A stretch of DNA of 64,000 nucleotides from positions 20,832,001 through 20,896,000 of the forward strand of contig OZ024748.1 in the NCBI GenBank assembly GCA_964016885.1, written 5' to 3'. How positions within the stretch are numbered: position 1 is the first letter of the stretch; each line of letters begins with the position of its first letter. Source of the DNA: Eledone cirrhosa (Eukaryota). A program made the translations under genes and the position numbers. The notes under the pieces were generated by a model, which was not told where the DNA came from, ran no database searches, and saw only the letters and a list, made by a program, of their open reading frames with translations. Shown piece by piece: positions 46,876 through 62,347 of the stretch.

Positions 46876-47837
46876 GGCGGCGAATTGGCAGAGTTGTTAG
46901 AACGTCGGGTAGAATGGCTGAGTCGTTAGAACGTCGGATAGAATGGTTGAGTTGTTCGAACGTCGGATAGAATGGCAGAGTTGTTAGAACGTCAGATAGA
47001 ATGGCAGAGTTGTTAGAACGTCGGGTAGAATGGCAGAGTTGTTAGAACGTCGGGTAGAATGGCAGAGTTGTTAGAACGTCAGATAGAATGGCAGAGTTGT
47101 TAGAACGTCGGGTAGAATGGCAGAGTTGTTAGAACGTCGGGTAGAATGGCAGAGTTGTTAGAACGTCGGGTAGAATGGCTGAGTTGTTAGAACGTCGGAT
47201 AGAATGGCAGAGTTGTTAGAACGTCGGGTAGAATGGCTGAGTTGTTAGAACGTCGGATAGAATGGCAGAGTTGTTAGAACGTCAGATAGAATGGCAGAGT
47301 TGTTAGAACGTCGGGTAGAATGGCAGAGTTGTTAGAACGTCGGGTAGAATGGCTGAGTTGTTAGAACGTCGGATAGAATGGCAGAGTTGTTAGAACGTCG
47401 GGTAGAATGGCAGAGTTGTTAGAACGTCAGATAGAATGGCAGAGTTGTTAGAACGTCGGATAGAATGGCAGAGTTGTTAGAACGTCAGATAGAATGGCAG
47501 AGTTGTTAGAACGTCGGGTAGAATGGCAGAGTTGTTAGAACGTCGGGTAGAATGGCAGAGTTGTTAGAACGTCAGATAGAATGGCAGAGTTGTTAGAACG
47601 TCGGATAGAATGGCAGAGTTGTTAGAACGTCGGGTAGAATGGCAGAGTTGTTAGAACGTCAGATAGAATGGCAGAGTTGTTAGAACGTCGGGTAGAATGG
47701 CAGAGTTGTTAGAACGTCGGATAGAATGGCAGAGTTGTTAGAACGTCGGATAGAATGGCTGAGTTGTTAGAACGTCGGGTAGAATGGCAGAGTTGTTAGA
47801 ACGTCGGGTAGAATGGTTGAGTTGTTAGAACGTCGGG
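46876..47837 (+). repeat. 29-bp minisatellite (~33 copies) derived from the SINE 5' head
   Basis: Unit AGAATGGCAGAGTTGTTAGAACGTCGG(A/G)T. The array starts GGCGGCGAATTGGCAGAG, like the SINE start. Confidence 0.92.
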
Positions 47838-48177
47838 AAGAAGGCTTTATCTCAATACGGCGCTCCTACGACTCTATCAGGAGTTACGGGACTATACATA
47901 CAACTCTTTGCACTCTGAGATCAACTTTGTCTTGTAACTTTTCAAGGCAAATAAATATAATACCAGGCCAGTATTACAGTGGTACGAGTGAAACCATTCC
48001 CGTTGACTAGAGACATTGGATACGAGTGTGTTTAAGTGAACGTGTCACGAGTTAAACCAGTCTTTCAGTGCCCTTAATGGACGTCAATCAGTTGCATGCA
48101 TTGTGGTCAGAGCTCCAGTTAGGGGATACATTCCTCTCCTCATCTCTTCTACACTCCATCTCTCTCTTCCTTTATCC

Positions 48178-49310
48178 CTCTCCTCCATATTTTGTCTCTA
48201 AACGTTTCCTCTCTTCTACCAGTCTTGGCTATTCTCCTCCATATTTTGTCTCTAAACGTTTCCTCTCTTCTACCAGTCTTGGCTATTCTCCTCCATATTT
48301 TGTCTCTAAATGTTTCCTCTCTTCTACCAGTCTTTGCTATTCTCCTCCATATTTTGTCTCTAAATGTTTCCTCTCTTCTACCAGTCTTGGCTATTCTCCT
48401 CTATATTTTGTTTCTAAATGTTTCCTCTCTTCTACCAGTCTTGGCTATTCTCCTCCATATTTTGTCTCTAAATGTTTCCTCTCTTCTACCAGTCTTGGCT
48501 ATTCTTCTCCATATTTTGTCTCTAAACGTTTCCTCTCTTCTACCAGTCTTGGCTATTCTCCTCCATATTTTGTCTCTAAACGTTTCCTCTCTTCTACCAG
48601 TCTTGGCTATTCTTCTCCATATTTTGTCTCTAAACGTTTCCTCTCTTCTACCAGTCTTGGCTATTCTCCTCCATTTTTTGTCTCTAAACGTTTCCTCTCT
48701 TCTACCAATCTTGGCTATTCTCCTCCATATTTTCTCTCTAAATGTTTCCTCTCTTCTACCAGTCTTGGCTATTCTCCTCCATATTTTGTCTCTAAACGTT
48801 TCCTCTCTTCTACCAGTCTTTGCTATTCTCCTCCATATTTTGTCTCTAAACGTTTCCTCTCTTCTACCAGTCTTGGCTATTCTCCTCCATATTTTCTCTC
48901 TAAATGTTTCCTCTCTTCTACCAGTCTTGGCTATTCTCCTCCATATTTTGTCTCTAAACGTTTCCTCTCTTCTACCAGTCTTGGCTATTCTCCTCCATAT
49001 TTTGTCTCTAAACGTTTCCTCTCTTCTACCAGTCTTGGCTATTCTCCTCCATATTTTGTCTCTAAACGTTTCCTCTCTTCTACCAGTCTTGGCTATTCTT
49101 CTCCATATTTTGTCTCTAAACGTTTCCTCTCTTCTACCAGTCTTGGCTATTCTCCTCCATATTTTGTCTCTAAACGTTTCCTCTCTTCTACCAGCCTTGG
49201 CTATTCTCCTCCATATTTTCTCTCTAAACGTTTCCTCTCTTCTACCAGTCTTGGCTATTCTCCTCCATATTTTGTCTCTAAACGTTTCCTCTCTTCTACC
49301 AGTCTTGGCT
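48178..49310. repeat. 54-bp minisatellite, ~21 copies
   Basis: Unit CTCCTCCATATTTTGTCTCTAAACGTTTCCTCTCTTCTACCAGTCTTGGCTATT. Confidence 0.97.
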
Positions 49311-49899
49311 GTCACGAAAAATACAGTGTGTGTTGGGCGCTGCCTTCGCTCTCAACTAAGATAAAAGCATAACTAAATGTATTGAACGTGTGTGACTTGT
49401 AGTAATAGTAGACTGGGACAAGATAACAGACCATGTTTTCCACACACACAATATCTCTCACAAACACACTCGCACACACATTCAGTCACACACACACAAA
49501 CTCTCTCTCACCCACATTCAGACACACACACACTCTCTTTCACACACATAGTAGTGGGGACGATGGTGGTAGTGGTGACGGTGGTGATGGTAGTTGTGGC
49601 GGCAGTGAGATTTCAGATAAGGAATCTTGCTATACAAATACAGAAACGATATATATACTGTATATATAAATGTTCCTCCTTCTCCTTCTCTCTTACACAT
49701 TCTCTCTCTTTCTCTCTCTCCCTCTCACTCTCTCTTTCTGTACGTATTTGTGTGTGTGTGTGTGTGTGTGTGTGTGGGGAATTATTCTGAACAACAGAGC
49801 CAGTAAAATGTTAGGTGTTTGTTGGTTGTAAACATACGTCTCTCAGCACGTCGGTGTTAGTGTCTGCTGTGAACAGTTGTAAATATGTATACACCTCCA

Positions 49900-50490
<591 letters not shown>

Positions 50491-50512
50491 ATATACATAA
50501 CTAAAATTACAT

Positions 50513-50547
<35 letters not shown>

Positions 50548-50667
50548 CAGAGAGAGAGAAAGAGAGAAAGGAAGTAAGAGAGAAAGAGAGAATGGGAGAG
50601 AGGGAGATGCGCATGCATATATATATTTATATATATATATACATAAAGATACTGACACATATACAAT

Positions 50668-50823
<156 letters not shown>

Positions 50824-51283
50824 ACAACATTTTCATCGTGTATATTCTGCGTTTTCCCAACATTTTTTGCATGCTAGCCTGCATCTGCGTTGTCATGGAA
50901 TTTAAAATATATGCGTAAATAAATATTTATATAACCATATTAGGTTACCTATATTATTTGTATCTACGACAATGTTATAAACTTTCTCACTGTATATGTG
51001 TGTGTGTATATATATATGTGTATATAAATATATGTATATATATATACATGTATGTATATATATATGTCTACATGTATATACATATATGTATATATATATA
51101 TATGTGTATACATATATGTATATATATATGTATATATATATATATATATATATGCGTTTATGTGTGTAAGTAATCTTTACAAGGTTTGTCAGGAGTATGT
51201 GTGTGTGTGCACAATATTGAATTCAAATGAGCCCCAATAGAACATGGCAAGTGTAAATGATGTCTTTCACACAGAATCCGACG

Positions 51284-51322
<39 letters not shown>

Positions 51323-51325
<3 letters not shown>

Positions 51326-51500
51326 GTTTCTACTTTAGGCACAAGGCCAGCAAATACCCAGTACATTACTGGTACTTTATTTTATCGACTCCGTGAGGAT
51401 GAAAGGCAAAGTTAACCTCGGCGGGATTAGAACTCAGATCGTAAAGGGACGTAACTATGCTAGAAAGCATGGCGTCAGACCCTCTACCGATACTGCCAAT
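51323..51500 (-). mobile_element. SINE family 1
   Basis: A box, B box, core and tail. Confidence 0.9.
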
Positions 51501-51543
51501 TAATTCAAAATATTAACAAAATAGATATTCTTGTGATCAATTA

Positions 51544-51610
51544 TATTTTATTATACATATTTCAGAGGTACTGAGTTAAGTTCAACAGTACGTCCTCATC
51601 AGATAAAATA
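51544..51610 (-). ncRNA. type-I hammerhead motif
   Basis: UAUUUUAU-CUGAUGA-[GUACUG/CAGUAC stem II]-GAAA-UAUGUA-UA-AUAAAAUA. Confidence 0.78.
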
Positions 51611-51633
51611 AAATGATACATGACATACCCTGA

Positions 51634-52910
51634 TATATTAGATGGTTAAGATTTAGTCATATTAGATGGTTAAGATTTAGTCATATTAGATGGTTAAGAT
51701 TTAGTCATATTAGATGGTTAAGATTTAGTCATATTAGATGGTTAAGATTTAATCATATTAGATGGTTAAGATTTAATCATATTAGATGGTTAAGATTTAA
51801 TCATATTAGATGGTTAAGATTTAGTCATATTAGATGGTTAAGATTTATTCATATTAGATGGTTAAGATTTAATCATATTAGATGGTTAAGATTTAATCAT
51901 ATTAGATGGTTAAGATTTAGTCATATTAGATGGTTAAGATTTAGTCATATTAGATGGTTAAGATTTAGTCATATTAGATGGTTAAGATTTAGTCATATTA
52001 GATGGTTAAAATTTAATCATATTAGATGGTTAAGATTTAGTCATATTAGATGGTTAAGATTTAATCATATTAGATGGTTAAGATTTAGTCATATTAGATG
52101 GTTAAGATTTAGTCATATTAGATGGTTAAGATTTAGTCATATTAGATGGTTAAGATTTAATCATATTAGATGGTTAAGATTTAGTCATATTAGATGGCTA
52201 AGATTTAATCATATTAGATGGTTAAGATTTAGTCATATTAGATGGTTAAGATTTAGTCATATTAGATGGTTAAGATTTAGTCATATTAGATGGTTAAGAT
52301 TTAGTCATATTAGATGGTTAAGATTTAGTCATATTAGATGGTTAAGATTTAGTCATATTAGATGGTTAAGATTTAGTCATATTAGATGGTTAAGATTTAG
52401 TCATATTAGATGGTTAAGATTTAATCATATTAGATGGTTAAGATTTAATCATATTAGATGGTTAAGATTTAATCATATTAGATGGTTAAGATTTAGTCAT
52501 ATTAGATGGTTAAGATTTAGTCATATTAAATGGTTAAGATTTAGTCATATTAAATGGTTAAGATTTAGTCATATTAGATGGTTAAGATTTAATCATATTA
52601 GATGGTTAAGATTTAGTCATATTAGATGGTTAAGATTTAGTCATATTAGATGGTTAAGATTTAGTCATATTAGATGGTTAAGATTTAATCATATTAGATG
52701 GTTAAGATTTAATCATATTAGATGGTTAAGATTTAATCATATTAGATGGTTAAGATTTAGTCATATTAGATGGTTAAGATTTAATCATATTAGATGGTTA
52801 AGATTTAATCATATTTGATGGTTAAGATTTAATCATATTAGATGGTTAAGATTTAATCATATTAGATGGTTAAGATTTAATCATATTAGATGGTTAAGAT
52901 TTAGTCATAT
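51634..52910. repeat. 24-bp minisatellite, ~53 copies
   Basis: Unit ATATTAGATGGTTAAGATTTA(G/A)TC. Confidence 0.97.
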
Positions 52911-52983
52911 ATATATATATATATAAGAAATAGAAGCTTTCGCCTGAAAGTTTGGTTTAAGACCCTCTAAATGGAAAAAGGAT

Positions 52984-53062
52984 GTGTATTGACGGACATG
53001 GGAGAGTCGAACCTACCTCTTTAGTTATCCAGACCATTGTGCTATCATTACACCAATACATC
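52984..53062 (-). other. tRNA-like sequence (SINE head or tRNA pseudogene)
   Basis: TGGTGTAATGATAGCAC...GGTTCGACTCTC; the cloverleaf stems are poor. Confidence 0.5.
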
Positions 53063-53589
53063 ACACATCCCTTTACATTCAAATTAGATATATATCCATC
53101 GCAAGTATAATGACAAAGCTAGCGTTTCATGACAAAGCAAGATGTATATATACTAGGAAGGTACCGAAATCAGCATTAGTAGAGTATATACAACATTAAA
53201 ATATAGAAATGGCTTCTGCAAGACTTCATTTGGAGGGAATTATCATATATATATATGTGTATGCATGTATGTGTGCCTGTGTGTGTGTGCGGGCGTGCGT
53301 GTGTCTGCGTGTGTGCACGCATGTCTGTGTTTGTGTGTGTATAAATGTGTATAGACATGTGTGTGGGTATATTTGACGAGATACATATAGTGGTTGTATG
53401 GTTATGTAAAAAAAATTGATTATTGATGATGTTATTGATAAAGACTATGATAATGATGATGATGATGATGATGAATACTTAACCCCCCACCCCAACCCCG
53501 ACCCTGAGAAAATAATAAACAACACCAGCAGTAGTAGCAGCAGTCGTTCATCACATCAACAACAGCTGCATCTACAACACAAACAACAA

Positions 53590-53594
53590 ACCAT

Positions 53595-53653
<59 letters not shown>

Positions 53654-53690
53654 ACACCATCACAACCATCACCACCACAACTATTACTAT

Positions 53691-53722
<32 letters not shown>

Positions 53723-55011
53723 ACACAATTTCAACCTTTTAAACCCATTACACCACCACCACCACCACCACCATAGCATAAGCAATGTGCCCCAAGAACG
53801 CTTCCACACCAGCATCCTTCCTCATACAACCACCAGCAAACCACACAAACAACATTAGCAACAACCCCCACCAACCACCAACCCCGCTCCTTTCACAACT
53901 ACCACACCACCACCACACCACACCTCCACCACCACCACACCTCCACCACCACCACCGCACCACCACCACCACCACCACCACCAGCACCACCAGCACCACC
54001 AGCACCACAACCACAACCACCACACCACCACCACCACCACAACCACCACCACCACCACCACAACCACCACCATCACAACAACACCACCATCACACCACCA
54101 CACATCCACCACCACCACCATCAGCACCATCAGCACCACACCACCACACCACCACCACCACAACCACTACCACCACCACCACACCACCATCACCACCACC
54201 ACCACACCACCACACCACCACACCACCACCACACCACCACCACCACACCACAACCTGACCCCTAATATCATGTTGATCCCTTACCATCTTCATGCAATTG
54301 TAATATAATTCTCTGAAGACATTTGCAAGCAACTCCCCCTCCCCTCCCCTGTGATGTGCCCTCTTCTTCTTCTTCTTCTTCTTCTTCTTCTTCTTCTTCT
54401 TCTTCTTCTTCTTCTTCTTCTTTTTCTTCTTCTTCTTCTTCTTTTTCTTCTTCTTCTTCTTCTTTCTTTCACTTTCTCTTCTGTGGTGAAATAAATTGTT
54501 TTTGTTTAAATTATTTTGAGTCTGCATGTGTGTGTGTGTGTGTGTGTGTGTATTAATATGTCTCTGATGATGTGTATGATTGTGTATGTGGTGGTGTTCG
54601 TGTGGTTATGTGTTGTTGTGTGTGTGATAGTGCGCGTTATGATTTGTATGTGGTGATATGCATGTATGGTAATGCCTGTTTACTAGTGTGCGTAGTGATG
54701 TGGGGGGGGGGGGGGGACATACGGTTTTGTAATATGATGTGTAATGATGTATGTATGTTATACTGCGTGCGAGGATGTATGTGTGTCTGTGTGTCTGTGT
54801 GTGTGTGTGAGTGTGAGTGTGTGTGGTGCGTGTGTGTGTGTGTAGTTGTGCACGTGTGTAAGTGTGTGTGTGTAGTTGTGCATGTGTGTAAGTGTGTGTC
54901 AGTGTGTGTGGTGCGTGCGTGTGTGTATTTGTGCATGTGTGTAAGTGTGTATGTCTCTTTCTCTCTCTCACACACACAATCTCTCTCTCTCTCTCTCTCA
55001 CTCTCTCTCTC

Positions 55012-55045
<34 letters not shown>

Positions 55046-55284
55046 ACACACACACATACACATATGCACTCACACACACACTCTATCTCTCTCTTTCATC
55101 TCTCATATCTCTCTCATCTCTCTCTCTCTCTTTCTCGCTTTCTCTAGCTCTCTCATCTCTCTCTCATCTCTCTCTCTCTCTCTCTCTCTTTCATCTCTCA
55201 TATCTCTCTCATCGCTCTCTCTCTCTCTTTCTCTCTTTCTCTAGCTCTCTCATCTCTCTCTCATCTCTCTCTCATCTCTCTCTC

Positions 55285-55326
<42 letters not shown>

Positions 55327-55741
55327 TCACAGACACACACACACATTCACTCTCTCCTTCTCTGGAATAAATCTATTGTATTCAAACCCGAAGACGGGAT
55401 GGGTTTCGTCAAAATTAAAGTATTCCCCTAGATCACGACGGAGGCCCCTTCGATTCCATGAAGTGTTACGGGTCCATATCTAAACACATCTATATATGGG
55501 ACGGAAGCATTTATAATGGTGTCTGATTAGAGTTCACGGGCGTAAGGTCGTGAGTTCGATTCCTTGCGACAAGTTGTGTCCTTGAGCAAGACACTCTATT
55601 TCACAATGTTGCTACTACTACTACTACTACTACTACTACTGATACTACTACTACTGATACTACTACTACTACTACTACTGATACTACTACTACTACTACT
55701 ACTACTATTGCTACTACTACTACTACTGATACTACTACTGA

Positions 55742-55816
<75 letters not shown>

Positions 55817-56508
55817 AGAACCCCAACAACAACAAAAACAACGACAAAAAAAAATAACAGCACAGTTAAGTGAAGCGTCATCATAATCATAGACATCATC
55901 ATTATCATCACCACCACCACCATACTATCACCACCACCGCCACCAGCATACTATCACCACCACCGCCACCACCATCACAACCAACACGACTATCACCATC
56001 ACTATAACCGCCACAGCCACCACCACCACAACTATCACCACCACCGCCACCACCATCACAACCAACACCACTATCACCACCACTATAACCGCCACAGCCA
56101 CCACCACCACCATACTATCACCACCACCGCCACCACCATCACAACCGACACCACTATCACCACCACTATAACCGCCACAGCCACCACCACCACCATACTA
56201 TCACCACCACCGCCACCACCATCACAACCAACACGACTATCACCACCACTATAACCGCCACAGCCACCACCACCACCACCACCATCATCACAACCAACAC
56301 GACTATCACCACCACCACCACTACCAACAACAACAACAACAACACCACAACCACCAACGACCCCATAACCACCACCGCCAACAACAACCGCAACAACACC
56401 ACAACCACCACCACCACCACCACAAACAACGACAACACCACAACTACCAACAACAACAACAACACCACAATCACCACCACCACCATCAACAACAACAACA
56501 ACAACACA
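53590..56508. repeat. mixed CAC, CTT, GT, CT and CTA low-complexity tracts
   Basis: Composition. Confidence 0.9.
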
Positions 56509-56799
56509 TTAATTCCATTTAGCCATGACGACGTAGATTTTTAACAAAGACTATGGAACAATAACTTAAGCAGATGGCGTCGCTTTATAACATAAAACAA
56601 AAAAATCAACATATCTTTATTGTCTTCACCCTACGACTGTTATGTCGGTTAATGAACTCAAAAGAAGCAGACGACAGCTTCTGGATACGTTTTACTTTTA
56701 CTCCACTCATTAGGCATTCCGCACAGTTTATTTCTTTAGTAAACTTCATAATTTCAACCGAGATATGGGTTTATATTACGATAACTTAATTGTTTCGTG

Positions 56800-57230
56800 T
56801 GAAGTCACGTGAACACACTTTGGTTGTTAACGAAGCCATTGTTAACGCAGCTTCTACGAGGTCTCTCTGATGCTAGAAATAGCAGATAAAAACGTCCCTC
56901 AAATCATGTAAACTCAAATAGGAGAGACACACACGAACTCATCGTAGCTGTAACCGAAGCCATTGTTAACGCAGTTTCTACGTGGTATCTCGTGTTGCTT
57001 GGAATAACAGAGAAATCTCCCTAAAATCACTACGAAGAAAAGCAAGACACATTGGATAATAGCTGCCAAATCTCCTTCAAATGATGTAAATTCAATGAGA
57101 AGAGACACATAGAAACACATTTTAGATGTTAACTAAGCCATTGTTAACGCAGCTTCTACGTGGTGCTTGGAATAGCAGCCAAATCTCCCTCAAATCACTA
57201 CAATATAAGCTGGACACATTGGATAATACA
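56800..57230. repeat. three diverged copies of a ~125-180-bp unit
   Basis: AAGCCATTGTTAACGCAG at ~56833, 56957 and 57135. Confidence 0.8.
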
Positions 57231-57542
57231 GTCGTAGATATAGGTAATACATGAAGAAGAAAAATACGTCCGGGTGGTCAACATAAGAATATCTTTTATC
57301 ATATAGCTGTCATGGCAGGGGTGACAGAGGCTTAAACAAGAACAAAAATGACAACAAATAGACTAACACAGGCATATACATAAACATATGTGCGTGTGTG
57401 GGGCTTTGAGTTTTCATACGTAAATGTATAAATGTGCGAATATACCTAAATAAGCAAAGTATTCATGTATGTATATATCAATCTACCTATTTATCTACCT
57501 ATCTATCTCTTTCTATCTCTCTTTCTCCCCATCTATCTTTCC

Positions 57543-57626
<84 letters not shown>

Positions 57627-58055
57627 AATATATATTTATGTATATGTTCAGACATTATACATTAATCACTCTCAAATACTCAGTAGCGCATACACAACGT
57701 GTTCGCACGCGCACACACACACACACACACTCACCACACAATTACACAAGTACACATATACACACACATACCTGTACATATACATGCCTATTTGTATGCC
57801 AACATATGTATATACGAAGTTTATGTATGTAAATGCTTCTCTGGCTCAAATATACATACATACATACGCACATAGAGAGGCATACATACTTACATACACA
57901 CATATACATACACACATATACATACATACACACGCACATATATATACATATATACATTCATACACGCATACATACACGCATACATACATATACATACATA
58001 CACACACATACATAATACATACATACACACACATACATAATACATACATACATAC

Positions 58056-58120
<65 letters not shown>

Positions 58121-59026
58121 CATACACACATATACATATATACATACTTACAGACATATAATTCTTACTTGCATACATATATACATACGTACATACATAA
58201 ATATACATACACACACACACATACATACATACATCCTTACAAACATACATACTTACTAACTTACATACATACATGCATACATACATACATACATACATAC
58301 ATACATACATACACACACACATACATACATACATACATACATACATACATACATACATACATACATACATACATACATACATACATACATACATACATAC
58401 ATACATACAACTAAATAGGAAAGGCAAGATTTGCAGCCAACTTAAACTACAAAAGAAGTTCATTACAATTTGAAACCAGAACCAAAGTTGTCTTAAATCA
58501 AAGAACGATGCCAAATTCTTTGGGAATTGCATTGAAATCAAAATGGCGAATTGTCGATGAAAGATGGTGTTGCCAGTAATTACAAAGTATCGTCTGAGAG
58601 ATGAAACATTTCAATTATCTCCAGCAAAACTTTCCAAATTCTCTCATTGTCGGGACACGAACAACATCAATTACTTGTCGGCAGATTCAGTTAGAGATTA
58701 CAATATTTTTTGCCGTTTAGCCATGGATGGAGAGAAGGACACAGTGGTGGACAAAGGAAAAGGCGGGTGGGTGACGGGTGTTGCTTAAGCCAGGAGTCCC
58801 ACTATATTTAACGTGGCTAAAATTTTATTTTTCATCCACCGTATATATTATATCTGATTTTTTGTTGTTGTTTTTTTTTACACAAGCGCCCTAGTGGCAT
58901 TTTTAGCGAGGGGTCCGACAATAGTTTAAAGACCCAAGAGCTGAGCCATCGGGCACCAACTCTCGGTTTCTGACACAAGGACCCCGATTCAATTTTCAGC
59001 AACGTGAACTACAGTATTCTAAGGAC

Positions 59027-59076
<50 letters not shown>

Positions 59077-59077
<1 letters not shown>

Positions 59078-59229
59078 CTAGATTCGAACAGTTCTGATCC
59101 AGCTGTCGAAACGGTCGGAGCTCAGCCGTCGGGGTCCTGACTCTTTTCCTATTACCCATTCTACTACCCTAAGAATCGAGTACTCTGGTGCGTTATGGTC
59201 CACCTGGAGTCTTACCACACCTTTGTTAT
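59077..59229 (+). mobile_element. family A subfamily copy, 5'-truncated within the hairpin
   Basis: GCTGTCGAAACGG..CCGTCGGGGTC plus extension. Confidence 0.85.
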
Positions 59230-60018
59230 ATATATATATATATATATAAAATATTATAAAAAGGAATGAATAATAGATACAATATACCTATCTTTCCTTT
59301 GTCCCGACTGTACAGTTTCGCTGGTCACTATGCAAGAATGTTATATCATAGATATGTAACATAGATATGTAACATATATATATATATATATACATATCAG
59401 TTTTTTGCGCAATGCCCACCCTCCTTCTCCTCCTTTTTATTATTATTCTCTCATGTTTTCATGGAAAGGTCGTTGGGCCAGAGCTTTCCAAACACTCCTT
59501 CCAGTGGGTTACTGTCAAAAGCAACTATCTCCACAAGCTGGTTCCACAACGAGACTGGTCAAGTTCATATATGTTATCCAAACAACTTTCCTCAGGATTC
59601 TACCGCTGGGTCTCCAACCGGTTAGTTTTACTTAGAATGTTAAATAATATTCTACATGGAAAGTATTAGCAGTTACTTCAAACTTTTTGTCATTTTGATG
59701 ACTTAATTTAGACATCCTTTACAATATGATTGCTATTATAAATTTCTAAGGTTTATCAGTAAGTTATTGCCGTGTATTACGTTTCTCTGTGAAAACATGG
59801 TCGATGTTTTAATTGTCATTGAAGTAATACATTCATAACCCTTTCCCAAGTGATAAATAGCCTGTCAAAGAGTACATGGTTGAGTAGGGAATACGTCATA
59901 TACAGAACTACAACAGTTGTAGTAGTAAAAAATTGCAATAAACATCACGAGTCAACGAGGGATTCTTTACCATCTTCGCAATAAAATTCATGTTGCTTTC
60001 GCATATATATATATATAT

Positions 60019-60097
<79 letters not shown>

Positions 60098-60114
60098 TAT
60101 ATATATACACACAC

Positions 60115-60207
<93 letters not shown>

Positions 60208-60236
60208 TGATATATATCTATTTGTGTGTATTCATA

Positions 60237-60318
<82 letters not shown>

Positions 60319-60409
60319 TATATATATATACACATATATATTATATATATATACACATATATATATATATATATATTGTATATTCATATACATATATATA
60401 TATATATAT

Positions 60410-60466
<57 letters not shown>

Positions 60467-60583
60467 TTCATACACATATACTTATACATACTTATATATA
60501 TATATAATCAATAAACGATAAATACCATGTACATCACATTACAATAACAAGTCACTAAATTTCAACACATCTTATTTATCGGA

Positions 60584-60836
60584 CACCAGCGGAAAGCAAA
60601 ATATTATTGCAGCAAAAGTGAAATCTCTTAGCAATGACAATGTGTCATTGTCATTGTTATTTATTAACGAGTGTCATGCTGACAGTGAAGTTTCTCTTAC
60701 TCTGCTGAGATTCCACATTATTTTAGTTTACTATACTCCTATGACACTCGTTAATAAATGACAATGACAATAACACATTGTAATTGCTAAGAGATTTCAC
60801 TTTTGCTGCAATAATATTTTGCTTTCCTCTGGTGTT
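60584..60836. repeat. imperfect ~95-bp-arm inverted repeat ending near (TA)n
   Basis: ACACCAG.GGAAAGCAAAATATTATTGCAGC.. and its reverse complement. Confidence 0.85.
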
Positions 60837-60842
60837 CTATAA

Positions 60843-60986
<144 letters not shown>

Positions 60987-61021
60987 TTTCTGATATTGGC
61001 AACATGACCCTCCCAAAGTAT

Positions 61022-61080
<59 letters not shown>

Positions 61081-61084
<4 letters not shown>

Positions 61085-61288
61085 TGGTTACATAACAGTT
61101 AGTTCACCATACCGAGAACAATTGTTTCACCTTAGCGGATCGTAATGGGCCATTACGAGCTGAGGATCCGCTAAGGTGAAACAATTGTTCTCGGTATGGT
61201 GAACTAACTGTTATGTAAGCACTTCTACCTAACTCGTCCCATGGACTGAGTGCTCTACCACTGCGGATATTACCTTCCAGTGTTCTAC

Positions 61289-61292
<4 letters not shown>
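61081..61292 (+). mobile_element. TA-embedded palindrome with HHR plus extension (family H)
   Basis: Arms 61082-61141 and 61165-61224; extension to 61292. Confidence 0.85.
61156..61193 (+). ncRNA. minimal hammerhead motif
   Basis: CGAG-CUGAGGA-uCC gcuaa GGu-GAAA-CAAUUG-UU-CUCG. Confidence 0.72.
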
Positions 61293-61382
<90 letters not shown>

Positions 61383-61437
61383 CGCATGTACATATATATG
61401 TATATGTGTATATTCATGTGTGCATGTGTATGTATAT

Positions 61438-61720
61438 GGACGGGGACATAGAAATAGTCGAGCTGGACACCCGATCGCGCGGTTAAACCACTCGGAGTGA
61501 AGGACCCCTAGCCTTTGTCAGGGCATTCTTCTAGGAGAAGGCAACTCAGGAAACTGGGGTAACTCCGTTATAAAACCTGCGGCTCAGTAGTTACCGATGA
61601 TGTTGATCTTTTCTTCTTTTCGGGTTATAGCATCTGTCGCTCAGAGAGTGGGATTGGCTCAGTGCACAGTCTTTCCTCACTTTAAAAAATATCTTCACGC
61701 ACAGGCATTGCACGATAATT
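61438..61720 (+). mobile_element. probable RTE-related non-autonomous retroposon fragment
   Basis: GGGCATTCTTCTAGGAGAAGGCAACTC resembles an RTE 5'-UTR motif (from recall); GC-richer island. Confidence 0.4.
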
Positions 61721-61863
61721 AATAGTTATTAATAATAGTATATTGTGCAATGGCCAAACTCGATAACGAGGCGGCAGCCATCGTATATGTATATACATAT
61801 ATATATATATGTATATATGTATATATATATATATATATAAATATATATATATTTATATAATGT

Positions 61864-62038
61864 TGAGGTTGTGAGTTCGATTCCTGGACCGGGCGATGCG
61901 TTATGTCCTTGGGCAAGACACTTTATTTCACGTTGCTCCTTCTACCTGGAGTTGCGACCGATAGATAGTACTAGCAACTGGAAAGACCAACGGAAACATT
62001 GTTTGCTCGGTCCAATTTGACGAAAGTCGATCGATCCT
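61864..62038 (+). mobile_element. SINE family 2
   Basis: GAGTTCGATTCC B box, then GTCCTTGGGCAAGACACTTTATTT. Confidence 0.8.
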
Positions 62039-62066
62039 TTATATATATATATATATATATATGTAT

Positions 62067-62279
62067 AATCAGGAACCTGACGGCTGATCTCCCGCCATTT
62101 TGACAGCTCGATCCGAACTAATTCACCACTGGTGGCTTAGTTCTGATCCAGCTGTCGAAACGGCCGGGGTTCAGCCGTCAGGGTGATGATTCTTTTCCTA
62201 TTACCCACTCTACTACCCTAAGCATTGAGTACTCTGGTGCGTTATGGTCCATCTGGCATCTTACCACACAACTTTGTTA
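62067..62279 (+). mobile_element. family A subfamily copy, diverged arms
   Basis: Hairpin plus the same extension. Confidence 0.8.
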
Positions 62280-62347
62280 TATATATATATATATATATAT
62301 TAGTGAAAAAGAACAAAGGAACTATTATGACATTATAACAAGTTTAT

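Noticed and set aside
52984-53062. Functional tRNA gene
   Set aside because: A and B boxes are present but the acceptor and anticodon stems do not pair.
59301-59325. Minus-strand GAAA-CTGTACAG-TC-GGGAC
   Set aside because: Plausible HHR 3' half, but the CUGANGA box is absent, so it is not counted as a ribozyme.
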